A stretch of 64,000 nucleotides of DNA, from assembly GCA_031278545.1 (NCBI GenBank), contig JAITKF010000062.1, positions 4,994-68,993 of the forward strand. The letters run 5' to 3'. The DNA is from Prevotellaceae bacterium. GTDB lineage: Bacteria; Bacteroidota; Bacteroidia; Bacteroidales; UBA932. How positions within the stretch are numbered: the first letter of the stretch is position 1; every line of letters begins with the position of its first letter. The notes under the pieces were generated by a model. The model searched no databases. It worked only from the letters and a program-made list of their open reading frames with translations, and had not been told where the DNA came from. Position numbers and translations under genes: made by a program. Positions 9,110-18,459 of this stretch are shown in pieces.

Positions 9110-10657
9110 TTAGATGGCTTCGAGAAACTTAATTAGCGCCTCGCGGTCTTCCTTCGACATGCGTCGAAATTTTTCCTTGCTTTGCTGCGCTTCGCCGCCG
9201 TGCCAAAGGATGGCTTCTTCGTAGTTGCGGGCGCGCAGGTCGTGCAGTTTGTCGGTGTGTCCCGACACGATTTTTGTCAGGCCGCGTCCCCACAGCGGGG
9301 TAGTGCGGCACATTTGCACGCGACCGGGTTCGACCATGTCAAGGTTGTGTCGTAGCAGGTCGGTGTAGGGGTAAATCTTCTGGTTCGATAGCGCCGGCAG
9401 CGGTTTGTAGTCGCTGCGCGTGGTCCATGAGGGACGATGGCAGGCAGTGCATCCAGCGTCGTAGAACAGGTTTTTGCCGCGCTGCACGGTCGGATTGTCA
9501 AGGTTACGGGCAGCGGGCACGGCCAGTCCGCGATGCCACACCATAAAGGCTTCGTAGTCATCCGTCGTCATTTCGGGACGTTGTTTTTTCGACATCAGCG
9601 AATCTTCGATTTCCTGTGGCTGTAGTCCCGGATAGATGGTCTGCACGTCGGGGTCGAGCGACATGCGGCGGGCGTATTCACGGGTGATATAGAGTTCGCT
9701 ACGGCCTGTGCGGTCGGGTAAATCGGTAACGACGTTGGTGATATTCCAGATGGCGTTAGCGCCAGGCCCGTTGTCGAGCGTGGCGCGGGTGCAGAGGTAG
9801 GTAAAACGACCGGGATGCAGTCCGGGGTAATACGGGTTGCGTCCGGTTTCGTCGATGTTGGCGCCGATTACGCCGGCACAGTAGTCGCGTGTTTGCTGCT
9901 GCTGGTATTCGGCGCGCAGGTCATCGTCGGAGATAGCGTCGAGCAGGCCTGTACCGTAGATGCCGATGGTCGCTTCGATAGACGCCTTATGCTGGCTCAT
10001 GTCGAAGTCGGGGAACAGAATCGCACCCTGCGCCACGCTTACGCGGGGATAAATCAGCGTACCTTCGTATGACGTGCCGGCGCTGTAGGGCGTGCCGTCG
10101 TCGTAGCGGTTGCCGTGCTCGTCGACGTACGGCAGCCATTCGATGGTGATGCCGTCTTCGTTGACCGGCGCTTTGAACGGGGGCACAGCGCGGGTTTGTG
10201 TCATACCGGTAAAGTAGTTTGTGGCCAGCGGAAGCGTCGGGTCGTTGGGATTGTATATCATCAGCAGGTAGCTGTTGCGGCTGTCGTTGGAGTCGTATTT
10301 ATCGACCCGCTGGCCACGTCCGCCGTAGCTCGGGTGGCAGGCGATGCACGATTTCCGAATATACGTCGGCCCCAGACCTGAATAGCCCATGCCTTCGGAG
10401 GCGACGAAGCTCTTATCCGCGATGCGCTCGCCGCGCATAAACTGCCGGTAGAGCGTGGCGTCGGCGTCGATGACCGGCATGGGCTGCTTGTAGGCAAACG
10501 ACGAGGCTACGAAGACTGTTCCATTGACACCGCCGGCGTAGTATTCTTCGCCATATTCCTGAGGGATTGCCGGCGTAACGGGTTCTTCGGAGCCGGCGCA
10601 CGCCGTCAGCCATGCCGCACAATAAAAGAGTAGGATTATTCTGATACCTTGTTTCAT
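9110..10657 (-). CDS. Di-heme cytochrome c lipoprotein, DUF1111 / peroxidase-like family
   Basis: 515 aa with a lipobox (LTAC) and two CxxCH heme c sites (CIACH and CTACH). This is a typical partner of imelysin genes. Confidence 0.8.
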   Translation of the reverse strand: MKQGIRIILLFYCAAWLTACAGSEEPVTPAIPQEYGEEYYAGGVNGTVFVASSFAYKQPMPVIDADATLYRQFMRGERIADKSFVASEGMGYSGLGPTYIRKSCIACHPSYGGRGQRVDKYDSNDSRNSYLLMIYNPNDPTLPLATNYFTGMTQTRAVPPFKAPVNEDGITIEWLPYVDEHGNRYDDGTPYSAGTSYEGTLIYPRVSVAQGAILFPDFDMSQHKASIEATIGIYGTGLLDAISDDDLRAEYQQQQTRDYCAGVIGANIDETGRNPYYPGLHPGRFTYLCTRATLDNGPGANAIWNITNVVTDLPDRTGRSELYITREYARRMSLDPDVQTIYPGLQPQEIEDSLMSKKQRPEMTTDDYEAFMVWHRGLAVPAARNLDNPTVQRGKNLFYDAGCTACHRPSWTTRSDYKPLPALSNQKIYPYTDLLRHNLDMVEPGRVQMCRTTPLWGRGLTKIVSGHTDKLHDLRARNYEEAILWHGGEAQQSKEKFRRMSKEDREALIKFLEAI

Positions 10658-10703
10658 TCTATATTATTTAATACTGTTGCTTGTGGATTTATTCATCATT
10701 TCC

Positions 10704-10829
10704 CAAAAATTCCCTTAGTATCCGTCATGCACCCCTTTCCAGAGTTCCCTGTTCCCTTATTTTAAAAGAATAAATAAGAGAATAGAAGAAAAAGGAGAAT
10801 AGGTTGTCCGGCTACTAAGGGAATTTTTG
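10704..10829. repeat. 17-bp perfect inverted repeat flanking a 92-bp AT-rich spacer, intercistronic
   Basis: CAAAAATTCCCTTAGTA (10704-10720) is the exact reverse complement of TACTAAGGGAATTTTTG (10813-10829). Confidence 0.85.
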
Positions 10830-10863
10830 AATGGACTATCGTCGATTATTTGATATTCAATAT

Positions 10864-12063
10864 TTATTCAATAAGGTCGCTGATTTGGCCGAACAATGCT
10901 TCGAGGTCGGCGCAAGCTTCTACGGCGGCGTCGACTTGTTCGCTGCGAATGCCGTCGCGTACTACTTCATAGAATGAATAGGTGTAGGAGCCTGTGGCAG
11001 CGTTGTAGATGCCGATGGCGCGGATCTTTGTAATGCTGTCTTCTATCTTGGCTTTGATACGGCTGTCGAGGTCGCTGTTTTTGCCCGCTACAAAAGCGCT
11101 TAGCGAGTTGGTTTTTGGCGCGGCGAGGTCGAGTCCGCCATAGTAGGCGTTACGGATACTGATGATATTATTTGCATAATCGTCGAGGGAATGCCAACTG
11201 TACCACGATTCCACTTCTTCTGTTTTGTGGGTATCGTAGGGCGAGGCGATTTTGGTTTCGCCTACTTCGCCGGCAATATCGGCGCATCCGGCGGGTATTT
11301 CACCCAGCGCTGCGGCAAGGTTTCCGCTGTAATTACCTGTGCCGTTTTTCAGCTTGTCGGCAAACTGCTGGAAGGCCGGATTAGCTTCATAGAAGGCTAC
11401 GATTTCGCTGTTTTCACGGAATACGCTTTTGATTTCGTCCGACACGTTCGCTTCACCGGCCCATGCTACGTATGCCAGCACGCAGTCCCATATCAGGGCG
11501 TCGGTAGCGGCGATGAGGTATTTCAGCTCGGCGTCGGTCAGGCTTGTGCGGGGATGACCGTCGCGGAACAACAGGTATTCGGTTACGTGGAATCCGATCT
11601 CTTCGGCGTCCATTCTCCAGCAACTTTCACTGGTGAGTCCGGCGGCTTCGTTGGCCAGCACTTCGTCGATGGCATTTTTTTCTAACGGCCACGAGTCGAT
11701 GTGTCCGTCGATGTCAAATGCATCTTCGCCTACAGGCCCGAAGAGGAAGGCTTCGCTCTTTTCCCAAAAGATCCGCGCCGTCATCCATGCGTCGGCGGCC
11801 GCTGTAATTGCTGCCGACGACTGTCCTTGTTTCAGCGCCTGATTAGCGATGCGCATCCCAAGCGCGGCTTCGGCCAGCGACCGGTATGTAGGGACTACTG
11901 TAGCGTCTACATATTCCCGAAGGATGGCTTTGTACACTTCGTCCACATTATCGTCGGGCGTCGGGCTATCCTTTTCGCATGCAGCGAAGGTCAATGATAG
12001 CATGCCGGCTGTTATCCCAAACAGCCAATTTCTAGCTTGTCTTTTCATGTTTGTTTGTTTCAT
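10864..12063 (-). CDS. Imelysin-family (peptidase M75-like) lipoprotein
   Basis: 399 aa with the lipobox TFAAC and a GFHVTE match to the imelysin GxHxxE motif. It sits next to the DUF1111 gene. An alternative start is at 12048. Confidence 0.8.
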   Translation of the reverse strand: MKQTNMKRQARNWLFGITAGMLSLTFAACEKDSPTPDDNVDEVYKAILREYVDATVVPTYRSLAEAALGMRIANQALKQGQSSAAITAAADAWMTARIFWEKSEAFLFGPVGEDAFDIDGHIDSWPLEKNAIDEVLANEAAGLTSESCWRMDAEEIGFHVTEYLLFRDGHPRTSLTDAELKYLIAATDALIWDCVLAYVAWAGEANVSDEIKSVFRENSEIVAFYEANPAFQQFADKLKNGTGNYSGNLAAALGEIPAGCADIAGEVGETKIASPYDTHKTEEVESWYSWHSLDDYANNIISIRNAYYGGLDLAAPKTNSLSAFVAGKNSDLDSRIKAKIEDSITKIRAIGIYNAATGSYTYSFYEVVRDGIRSEQVDAAVEACADLEALFGQISDLIE

Positions 12064-12131
12064 TATTCAGTTATTTCATTATTGATTTTTTTAGTTGTTT
12101 ACTTATTTCTGCATGCTGCATTCTGCACGTT

Positions 12132-13454
12132 TCAAAGGAAAAATCCCGAGTACCCGACACCTATCGAGACCGTCGGTTCGTCGTTGTAGCCGTCGGCAAG
12201 TTTGCGTAGCAAGTATTCGGCTTTTATCACCAGTCCTTTCATCGGAAAATAGTTGACGCCTGCGCTGACGATAGTTCGTTCGCACCATGCTTTGTCGGCG
12301 ATTCCTTCGGCGGTGCGGTACATGGAATCGTAGTAGCCGTAGTGTGCGTAGACGTATAGCCGGTTATCTTTGTAGCGGCGGTTGCCGAAGAACGACAGCA
12401 CGTCGTAGCCGGCTTCCACGTAGTAGCTTAATGCGTCGGACGCCACATCGGTGCGCGGCGACGGACTGGCCGACGGGAACCGTTTATTGACCGCCGAAAT
12501 ATCTTTTGAGCCGCCCAGATTACCGTACACCACATTCGCGCGAGCCAGTATGTGATGGTCATCATATACGGCGTCGAACGTGCCAATTGTAACGATTCCC
12601 CTGACATTATAGCGCTCGTAACGCTTTGGCTTAAGCGAATTGTCGACGCTGTAGCCGTAGTAGCCGCTGGCTCCGAGACGCAGTCCTTTGATGGAATGAT
12701 TGTCAATGCGCATCGCGCCGGCATACTGGTTGGCGATTTTAAATTCGTAGGGCGAGGTGGCGCCGTCGGCAATCCAGCCGGCGTCGCTAAAACGTTCGGC
12801 GTCGAGGCCGGCAACAAACAGCGCTTCGTAGCGCCACGCGCCGGCGCGTCCCCAGAAACTGAGGCCTGTCTCGTGCCACGTGCAGGGCAGAATAGCCGAT
12901 TCCTCTTCGGGACGCAGCACCGAGAAGAACTCGGTCGGCATGTGATGCTGGTTGGTCAATCCGACCGGCACGATAATATGCCCCATGCGCAGGTTGGCAT
13001 ACGGGGCGAATGTTTTCTCAATCCAAAATTGTTCGATGGCTACTTCGCCGCCTTTCTCTATTTCGGTTTCGTATTCTTCGGCTTCCGTCCGTTCTATTTC
13101 GTAGGTAGTACCCGTACCGCCGTGTTCAAATTCGATTTCGCTACCCAGCTTCCACCCGCGCCCGAAATCGTACCCGATATACACGATGACATGCGGCAAA
13201 TCCACCCGTCCGTGCGATTCGTTGGTATAACGGTCGGCGTATGAGTAGCGCGACGGGCTGTCGCTATAGAACATCCGTTGCATCACCGCCTCGCCGTAGC
13301 CGCCGACTTGCAGGCGCCGCGCCTTAGACCACACGCTACTGCTGTCGGACGCGCCGAACGTTTGCATACGCATCGTGCCGGTGTCCTGCGCCGCTGCTGG
13401 CCACGACAAACATACGCCGAAAAGGAAAAGGAGGAGAAAAATTCGTTGTATCAT
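12132..13454 (-). CDS. Outer-membrane beta-barrel protein (porin-like)
   Basis: It has the signal peptide MIQRIFLLLFLFGVCLSWPAAAQ and alternating aromatic/Gly-rich beta-strand pattern, and ends in GYSGFFL. The track start at 13472 is TTG, so I prefer the ATG at 13454. Confidence 0.6.
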   Translation of the reverse strand: MIQRIFLLLFLFGVCLSWPAAAQDTGTMRMQTFGASDSSSVWSKARRLQVGGYGEAVMQRMFYSDSPSRYSYADRYTNESHGRVDLPHVIVYIGYDFGRGWKLGSEIEFEHGGTGTTYEIERTEAEEYETEIEKGGEVAIEQFWIEKTFAPYANLRMGHIIVPVGLTNQHHMPTEFFSVLRPEEESAILPCTWHETGLSFWGRAGAWRYEALFVAGLDAERFSDAGWIADGATSPYEFKIANQYAGAMRIDNHSIKGLRLGASGYYGYSVDNSLKPKRYERYNVRGIVTIGTFDAVYDDHHILARANVVYGNLGGSKDISAVNKRFPSASPSPRTDVASDALSYYVEAGYDVLSFFGNRRYKDNRLYVYAHYGYYDSMYRTAEGIADKAWCERTIVSAGVNYFPMKGLVIKAEYLLRKLADGYNDEPTVSIGVGYSGFFL

Positions 13455-13495
13455 ACTGTTTATATTGTTCAATACGGTTCATTCATTTTGGTGTA

Positions 13496-13503
13496 CAAAG
13501 ATA
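13496..13503 (-). promoter_or_regulatory. -7 promoter box (TATCTTTG on minus strand) for the porin-imelysin operon
   Basis: The plus strand reads CAAAGATA, just upstream of the start at 13454/13472. Confidence 0.6.
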
Positions 13504-13589
13504 TGGCGTATTCCGTGCTGCCGCAATCCCTAATGATAGGGAAATTGAATGAAAAAACTAATTATATTAGGGGACTGGCGCGTCGCACC

Positions 13590-14510
13590 TCATGCTTCGC
13601 AAGTCAGTAAACCGACTGTTTTTTCCACCTTCTCCTCCATTGGCAGCGCGGCATCTATCCAGTGAATCGGAATGCCTTTGCGCTCCATACCGCGAAACCA
13701 TGTCATTTGCCTTTTGGCGAATTGATGAATAGCCGTCTCGAGGCGTTCGGTCATTTCGCTACGGGTCAATTGCCGCTGCAGGTAGAGGGTCACAAATTTG
13801 TATTCTAAGCCGTAATACATCAGGTCGGCAGCGGCGACGCCCTGCCCGAGCAGCCGCTCGACCTCTTCGACCAGCCCGTTTTGCAGCCGGTCGTGCAGCC
13901 GTTGCGAGATACGTTCGCGGCGCTGTTCGCGTGGCAGCGTCAGGCCTACATAGAGCGTACGGATAGCCGGGAAAGCGTTGTCGGGCGACGGATGGTTCTG
14001 CGCGTACAGGGCTATTTCGATAGCCCGGATGGCGCGCCTGCGCGAACGGGTATCGGTTGTGTTATGCAGTGTCTTTAGCGATTGCAGCAGCGCCGCCAGT
14101 TCCGCATCGCTTTTTTGTTCCAGCGACCGGCGCAGGGATGCGTTGGGCGGCGCATCGGGCAACGAATATCCCTGTGTAACGGCGGCGATATACAATCCCG
14201 AACCGCCGCACAGCACCGGCATTTTCTGCCGTTGGCGAATGGCGGCATACGCCGTCCGGAAATCCTGCTGATACTGGTGGACGTTATATTTTTCGCCGGC
14301 ATCGACGATATCGATTAAATGATACGGCACGGACATGCCGTCGACCGTATATTCGGCCAAATCCTTTCCTGTGCCGACGTCCATGCCGCGGTATACCTGC
14401 CGCGAATCGCCCGACAACACCTCGCCGCCGAGCCGCAGGGCTGCGCGGACGGCGACGGACGTCTTCCCGACAGCCGTCGGGCCTAGAACCGTAAGTAAAT
14501 CATATTTCAT
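13590..14510 (-). CDS. miaA: tRNA dimethylallyltransferase
   Basis: 306 aa with the P-loop GPTAVGKT, a DSRQVYRGMDVGTGK motif and the usual MiaA length. Confidence 0.93.
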   Translation of the reverse strand: MKYDLLTVLGPTAVGKTSVAVRAALRLGGEVLSGDSRQVYRGMDVGTGKDLAEYTVDGMSVPYHLIDIVDAGEKYNVHQYQQDFRTAYAAIRQRQKMPVLCGGSGLYIAAVTQGYSLPDAPPNASLRRSLEQKSDAELAALLQSLKTLHNTTDTRSRRRAIRAIEIALYAQNHPSPDNAFPAIRTLYVGLTLPREQRRERISQRLHDRLQNGLVEEVERLLGQGVAAADLMYYGLEYKFVTLYLQRQLTRSEMTERLETAIHQFAKRQMTWFRGMERKGIPIHWIDAALPMEEKVEKTVGLLTCEA

Positions 14511-14528
14511 TATGAAGCAAATTTACGC

Positions 14529-14536
14529 TAAATTTG
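14529..14536 (+). promoter_or_regulatory. -7 promoter box TAAATTTG for smpB
   Basis: TAnnTTTG match, 22 nt upstream of the ATG at 14558. Confidence 0.55.
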
Positions 14537-14557
14537 TAAATTATTCAAAGACTCATT

Positions 14558-15007
14558 ATGCGACCGAAAGCAACCATCGAAATAAAGAACAAACGCGCGT
14601 CGTTTGAATACGAGCTGGTGGAAACATTCACCGCCGGCATTGTGCTTGTCGGGACGGAGATTAAATCCATCCGGGCAGGCAAGGCCTCGCTGGCCGACGC
14701 CTACGGTTATTTCGTCGGACGAGAACTGTTTATTAAAAACCTGCATATCGCCGAATACTGGTGGGGCAATCTGCAAAACCACGACCCCCGCCGCGACCGC
14801 AAACTCCTCCTCAACCGTCGCGAACTTTCCAAACTGCAACGCCGCACCAAAGAGAAGGGATTTGCCATCGTCGCCACCCGTCTCTACATCGCCAGCAACG
14901 GCTACGCCAAATTAGAAATCGCCCTGGCGCGCGGCAAGAAGGCTTACGACAAGCGCGAAAGCATCAAACAAAAAGACCTGCGCCGGGAGTTAATGCTTCA
15001 TGAGTAG
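14558..15007 (+). CDS. smpB: SsrA-binding protein
   Basis: 149 aa. It has [16 protein letters not shown] and a basic C-terminal tail, typical of SmpB. Confidence 0.95.
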   Translation: MRPKATIEIKNKRASFEYELVETFTAGIVLVGTEIKSIRAGKASLADAYGYFVGRELFIKNLHIAEYWWGNLQNHDPRRDRKLLLNRRELSKLQRRTKEKGFAIVATRLYIASNGYAKLEIALARGKKAYDKRESIKQKDLRRELMLHE

Positions 15008-15114
15008 TGCTTAGCAGGGCGCTGCCGCAGGCATGTCGCCCGTAGGGAGCGACTATTCATAGAGAGATGTTTATGCGTCCCTTAGGGGAGATTCCCCTTC
15101 TCCCACTACCCACT

Positions 15115-15147
15115 AAAAAAAGCCCCTATCCGCAGGGGGATAGAGGC
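15115..15147 (-). terminator. Rho-independent terminator for the 15186-17507 gene
   Basis: On the minus strand, GCCTCTATC..GATAGGGGC forms a stem with one mismatch and is followed by TTTTTTT. Confidence 0.6.
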
Positions 15148-15185
15148 TCCTTCCAATTATATTTAAAACAACAATGAAATATTCT

Positions 15186-17507
15186 TTACATACTCCGTAC
15201 ACAACGCACATAGCCGGAGCTTTTCCCATCTTCTGATGAGATACTAATACAATCACCATGTGAGTCGTACATGTATAAGACCGGAGAGATACTCACTACT
15301 CGCTGCCCGGCCTTACGTGTTCCCAAGCAGTCGCTCACCACATACGCTGTGTGTTCAGCACTACCAACAAACAAACAGTTGGAGTTTGAGTCATGAAACT
15401 CTGTTTCTCCTGTGGGGACAAACGCTTTCGTCAGGTACTGCGCCCAGGCGTCGATTGTGGATTCAAACTCGGATTGATCAGGCAGCCGCCAGCCTGCCGG
15501 GCACAGCGAGTTGGAAGAGGTAGCCAGCACATCTTTCCAATACTCTTTCCCTGTGGCGTCGTGATCATCGCACTTTGAAACGGCTATGACGGCCGAATGC
15601 GAGGCGTAGGCTAAGTAATCATCCATCGTCCAGAAATTGTTCGTCGACAGCATCGCGATACGGTATATTGTATTGTCGCGCGAGTCCTTTATCCACGCTT
15701 CCCAGTTCTGTGCCCCGCTGCTTCGTTTCTGGCAGGGGTGCGTAGCATTTTGGTATAAATCGGCGCCGGTGTAGGGGCACGACTCGACGGTGAGGGAATA
15801 CTCTCCTGCCGCGCGCTTCCATGTGTCGGTATCGCAGGCGTTGTCGCGCACTTCGCGGTAGTAGGTATAGGTGCCGGAGGTTGCCAGTTCGCTTGCTGTA
15901 AATATATAGCTGGCGGTGTTTGTGGTGAACGTCGCCGCCGGGTTCTCGCGTACCCACCGGTAGGTGTAGGCGCCCGATGCGCCGGACGCGGGCGTTCCTG
16001 CCGCGATGGTTGCGGTGGTTGCGGTATTGCCTGCGGTGGCTGTGTCGCTGCCGCTGATGGCGCCGGCGTCGAGTGCGGTATAAAGTGTCACTTCTTGCTG
16101 GTTGCTTTCGGACGTGCAGTGCGAGGTTTCGTCGAGAACGAATATGTAGTACTTGCCTGCTGCCGTTACGTTGAAGTATAATGTGCCTCCTGTGCCGTCC
16201 TGCATGCCGCCGACGGGGGAGTGCCCGCCGTCCAGCAGTTGATAGGTGTAGCCGCCGAGCCCTGTACAGCTTATCGCGGTGTTTGGGTGGCAGTAGGTGG
16301 CCGCTGCCGGCAGCGCCGGAACCGGCGGCAGCGGCCAGCCTACGCAGACGACCGACAGGCTGTCGGTGCATCCCGAGGCGTTGATGGCTTTTACGTATAT
16401 TGTAACGCTGCCGCTGTCGGGCATGGTAAACGTGTAGTTGTTGGAGGCCGTGTAGTTGCAGGAGAGGTTTTCAAACTCGCATTCGGCTTCGGAGGGGTCG
16501 CCATTCCCGTTGTGATAGGGATTATGGATGCATTCGGAGCAGGAGTGCGTAAAGCAGTATGATTCCCCGCCGGCGACTATGACCGTGACTTCGCTGCCGG
16601 CGCATACATTCGTTGGCGCGGAGGTAACCGACAGGGTGGGGGAGGGGAGTACGGTTACCGTGGTGTTGGCTGTTTTGATGCAGCCGCCGGCATTGCGTAC
16701 CGATACGTTGCAGGAGGTATCCTGCTGGGGCGCTATGCGTGTGGTGGCCGAGGTGGTGGCGGTTATCCACGATGCGCCGCCGTCGAAGCTATACGATGAT
16801 GCGCCGGTGGCTGTGGCGGTGAGCGTAAGGCTGTCGCCGGCGCAGATGGTCGATATCGAGGCGGTGAAGGAGGTGATTTCCGGCGACGGGGGGATGAGTC
16901 CCGGGCAGCCTGTCGTGTCGGTCAGGGAGGTGATGCAGCCGCTGTAGGTGGCGACGCCGGCGGCGAGCCGCACGCCGTTGACTACGAATGGCGGCGAGCC
17001 GTGCAGGTCATAATAGCCGTTGTTGTCCGTCGCGTTGGGCGGGTAGTCGGAGGCGTAGGTGCACCAGTTGAAGCGTGTGTTGGAGGGTACTCCGGTGAGG
17101 CCGACGGTAATGGTTGCACTGAATGAGCCTGCCGGATTCCCGTAGAGGTAGAATCCGCGTGTGTTCGACGGTACGGTGGCGATGGTTCCTTCACTGCCCG
17201 ACGCGAGGGCGGGGGCGTTGAGTGTGGCGGCTGTCCACGCGCCGTAGGCGCCATTGGCGTGTATTGGTTGGTAGTCGATGAAGAGCCATACGCTGTCTAA
17301 GTGTTGGCCGGAGGGCGCGGTGTCCCAGTAGACCCGGAAGGTTACTTTGGGGGGTGTTGCGATGTAGTCGGCGCCTATTTGCGCGACGCGTACGACGGAC
17401 TCCTGTCCGCGGCTCACGTGGCTGAGGGCACAGGCGAGGAGGAGGAGGACGAGGGATAGGAGGTGTTTATGGTATGTGGCAGGAGTTGGCACGGTTGTAA
17501 TCAACAT
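15186..17507 (-). CDS. Secreted surface protein with Cys-containing Ig-like repeats and a C-terminal FISUMP (Fibrobacter succinogenes major paralogous) domain
   Basis: 773 aa with a signal peptide and repeated CAGD/CAGSE beta-sandwich-like modules. The C-terminal segment DSRDNTIYRIAML..FWTMDDYL..CPAGWRLPDQSEFE matches the FISUMP pattern. Confidence 0.75.
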   Translation of the reverse strand: MLITTVPTPATYHKHLLSLVLLLLACALSHVSRGQESVVRVAQIGADYIATPPKVTFRVYWDTAPSGQHLDSVWLFIDYQPIHANGAYGAWTAATLNAPALASGSEGTIATVPSNTRGFYLYGNPAGSFSATITVGLTGVPSNTRFNWCTYASDYPPNATDNNGYYDLHGSPPFVVNGVRLAAGVATYSGCITSLTDTTGCPGLIPPSPEITSFTASISTICAGDSLTLTATATGASSYSFDGGASWITATTSATTRIAPQQDTSCNVSVRNAGGCIKTANTTVTVLPSPTLSVTSAPTNVCAGSEVTVIVAGGESYCFTHSCSECIHNPYHNGNGDPSEAECEFENLSCNYTASNNYTFTMPDSGSVTIYVKAINASGCTDSLSVVCVGWPLPPVPALPAAATYCHPNTAISCTGLGGYTYQLLDGGHSPVGGMQDGTGGTLYFNVTAAGKYYIFVLDETSHCTSESNQQEVTLYTALDAGAISGSDTATAGNTATTATIAAGTPASGASGAYTYRWVRENPAATFTTNTASYIFTASELATSGTYTYYREVRDNACDTDTWKRAAGEYSLTVESCPYTGADLYQNATHPCQKRSSGAQNWEAWIKDSRDNTIYRIAMLSTNNFWTMDDYLAYASHSAVIAVSKCDDHDATGKEYWKDVLATSSNSLCPAGWRLPDQSEFESTIDAWAQYLTKAFVPTGETEFHDSNSNCLFVGSAEHTAYVVSDCLGTRKAGQRVVSISPVLYMYDSHGDCISISSEDGKSSGYVRCVRSM

Positions 17508-17514
17508 ATGGGGT

Positions 17515-18459
17515 CTATCGGGCGATGTTAAACGTCGCGGTTTTTTGTCCTTTGTAGGCGCCTTTGCCGTGGAGGGTAACTTCTGCGGTGCCTACTTCGA
17601 CGTTATTTTTGTAGGTTACCGAGAAATCTTTACCCAGCGTCAGTTCTACGGTCGGGCTGTTGTCTTCGCGGTAGTATGCTTTGGGCACTACGGTGATGGG
17701 TTTGCCTGAGTAGGGTTGTGTTTCGATGGGTTCGATGACGGTGTGGTCGCTTTGGCCGAGGTCTTTTTTGGCGGGGCGGTGGGCGTGGTCGTTATAGTAG
17801 GTAACGTTTTGGTTGAATTTTTCTACGAACGCGTCGGCGGCGCCATTGTTCAGGATGTTGTAGGCGTCGATTTTATCGGTGATTATCCGGTATTTGGTTT
17901 CTACTTCGCGGCGTATGTCGGGCACGTGTCCATGCGGGCGTTGGCTCCATTCTTCGTTTCGGGCGAGGTAGAGTTGTTCAAAACGTGTTTGCACGTTGGC
18001 CATTTCTGTGACCCATTCGGTGATGCCGATGGTGGCGACGTCGGCGGCGTATGCGTCTTGCAGGTCGGCGATGAGTATTCCTACGGCGGCGGATTCTTCT
18101 TCGTAGCTTTTTCTTTCGATCTCGCCGTTGAATGCTTTCATGCGTACTTCGAGGCGGTGGCCGGCTTGCTGGACGGCGCTATTGAAGTGGTGCAGGGCGA
18201 CGTTGATAGCGCTGTTGATGCCCACGATGCAGCGGTCGCGCCGCAGGTCGGTGTCGGCGATTTCTTCGGTATAGGCGCTGCCCCGCACGGCGTCTATCAG
18301 CGTCTTTTCGGTATCTATCAGTTGGTAGAATACCGGCAGGTCGTCGGCCAGCAGGGTGGCGATTACGGTGTCGCCGTTAATTAATACGCGTACTGTTACT
18401 AAGTACTGGTAATGCGCTTCGTTGCGCAGGTAGCTAAAACGGATTTTTAGAATCTTCAT
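17515..18459 (-). CDS. Uncharacterised protein: helical N-terminal domain plus C-terminal Ig-like (MBG-like) domain, no signal peptide (paralog A)
   Basis: 314 aa with ATG start, 8 nt upstream of the FISUMP gene. It is clearly homologous to 32504-33484 (LRNEAHYQY/LRANEHSQY, ALHHF, KAF, QRPHG/QKPHG, KDLG..IEPI, GKP[IV]TVVPK.YYR, [TS][VI]TY[KR]NN..G.AE[VL]T[LI].GKG.Y.G.K..TF.I). Confidence 0.75.
   Translation of the reverse strand: MKILKIRFSYLRNEAHYQYLVTVRVLINGDTVIATLLADDLPVFYQLIDTEKTLIDAVRGSAYTEEIADTDLRRDRCIVGINSAINVALHHFNSAVQQAGHRLEVRMKAFNGEIERKSYEEESAAVGILIADLQDAYAADVATIGITEWVTEMANVQTRFEQLYLARNEEWSQRPHGHVPDIRREVETKYRIITDKIDAYNILNNGAADAFVEKFNQNVTYYNDHAHRPAKKDLGQSDHTVIEPIETQPYSGKPITVVPKAYYREDNSPTVELTLGKDFSVTYKNNVEVGTAEVTLHGKGAYKGQKTATFNIAR

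Noticed and set aside
14518-14525. A -7 box (TAAATTTG on the minus strand) only 7 nt from the miaA ATG.
   Set aside because: The match is real, but the spacing would need a leaderless transcript. I could not tell it apart from a chance match in this AT-rich 47-bp divergent spacer, so I have not listed it as a feature.
15619-16371. A 250-aa Arg/His-rich ORF within the FISUMP gene.
   Set aside because: It is an alternative frame of the same strand inside a gene with a coherent signal peptide and domain structure. Its extreme Arg/His content is typical of an off-frame translation.
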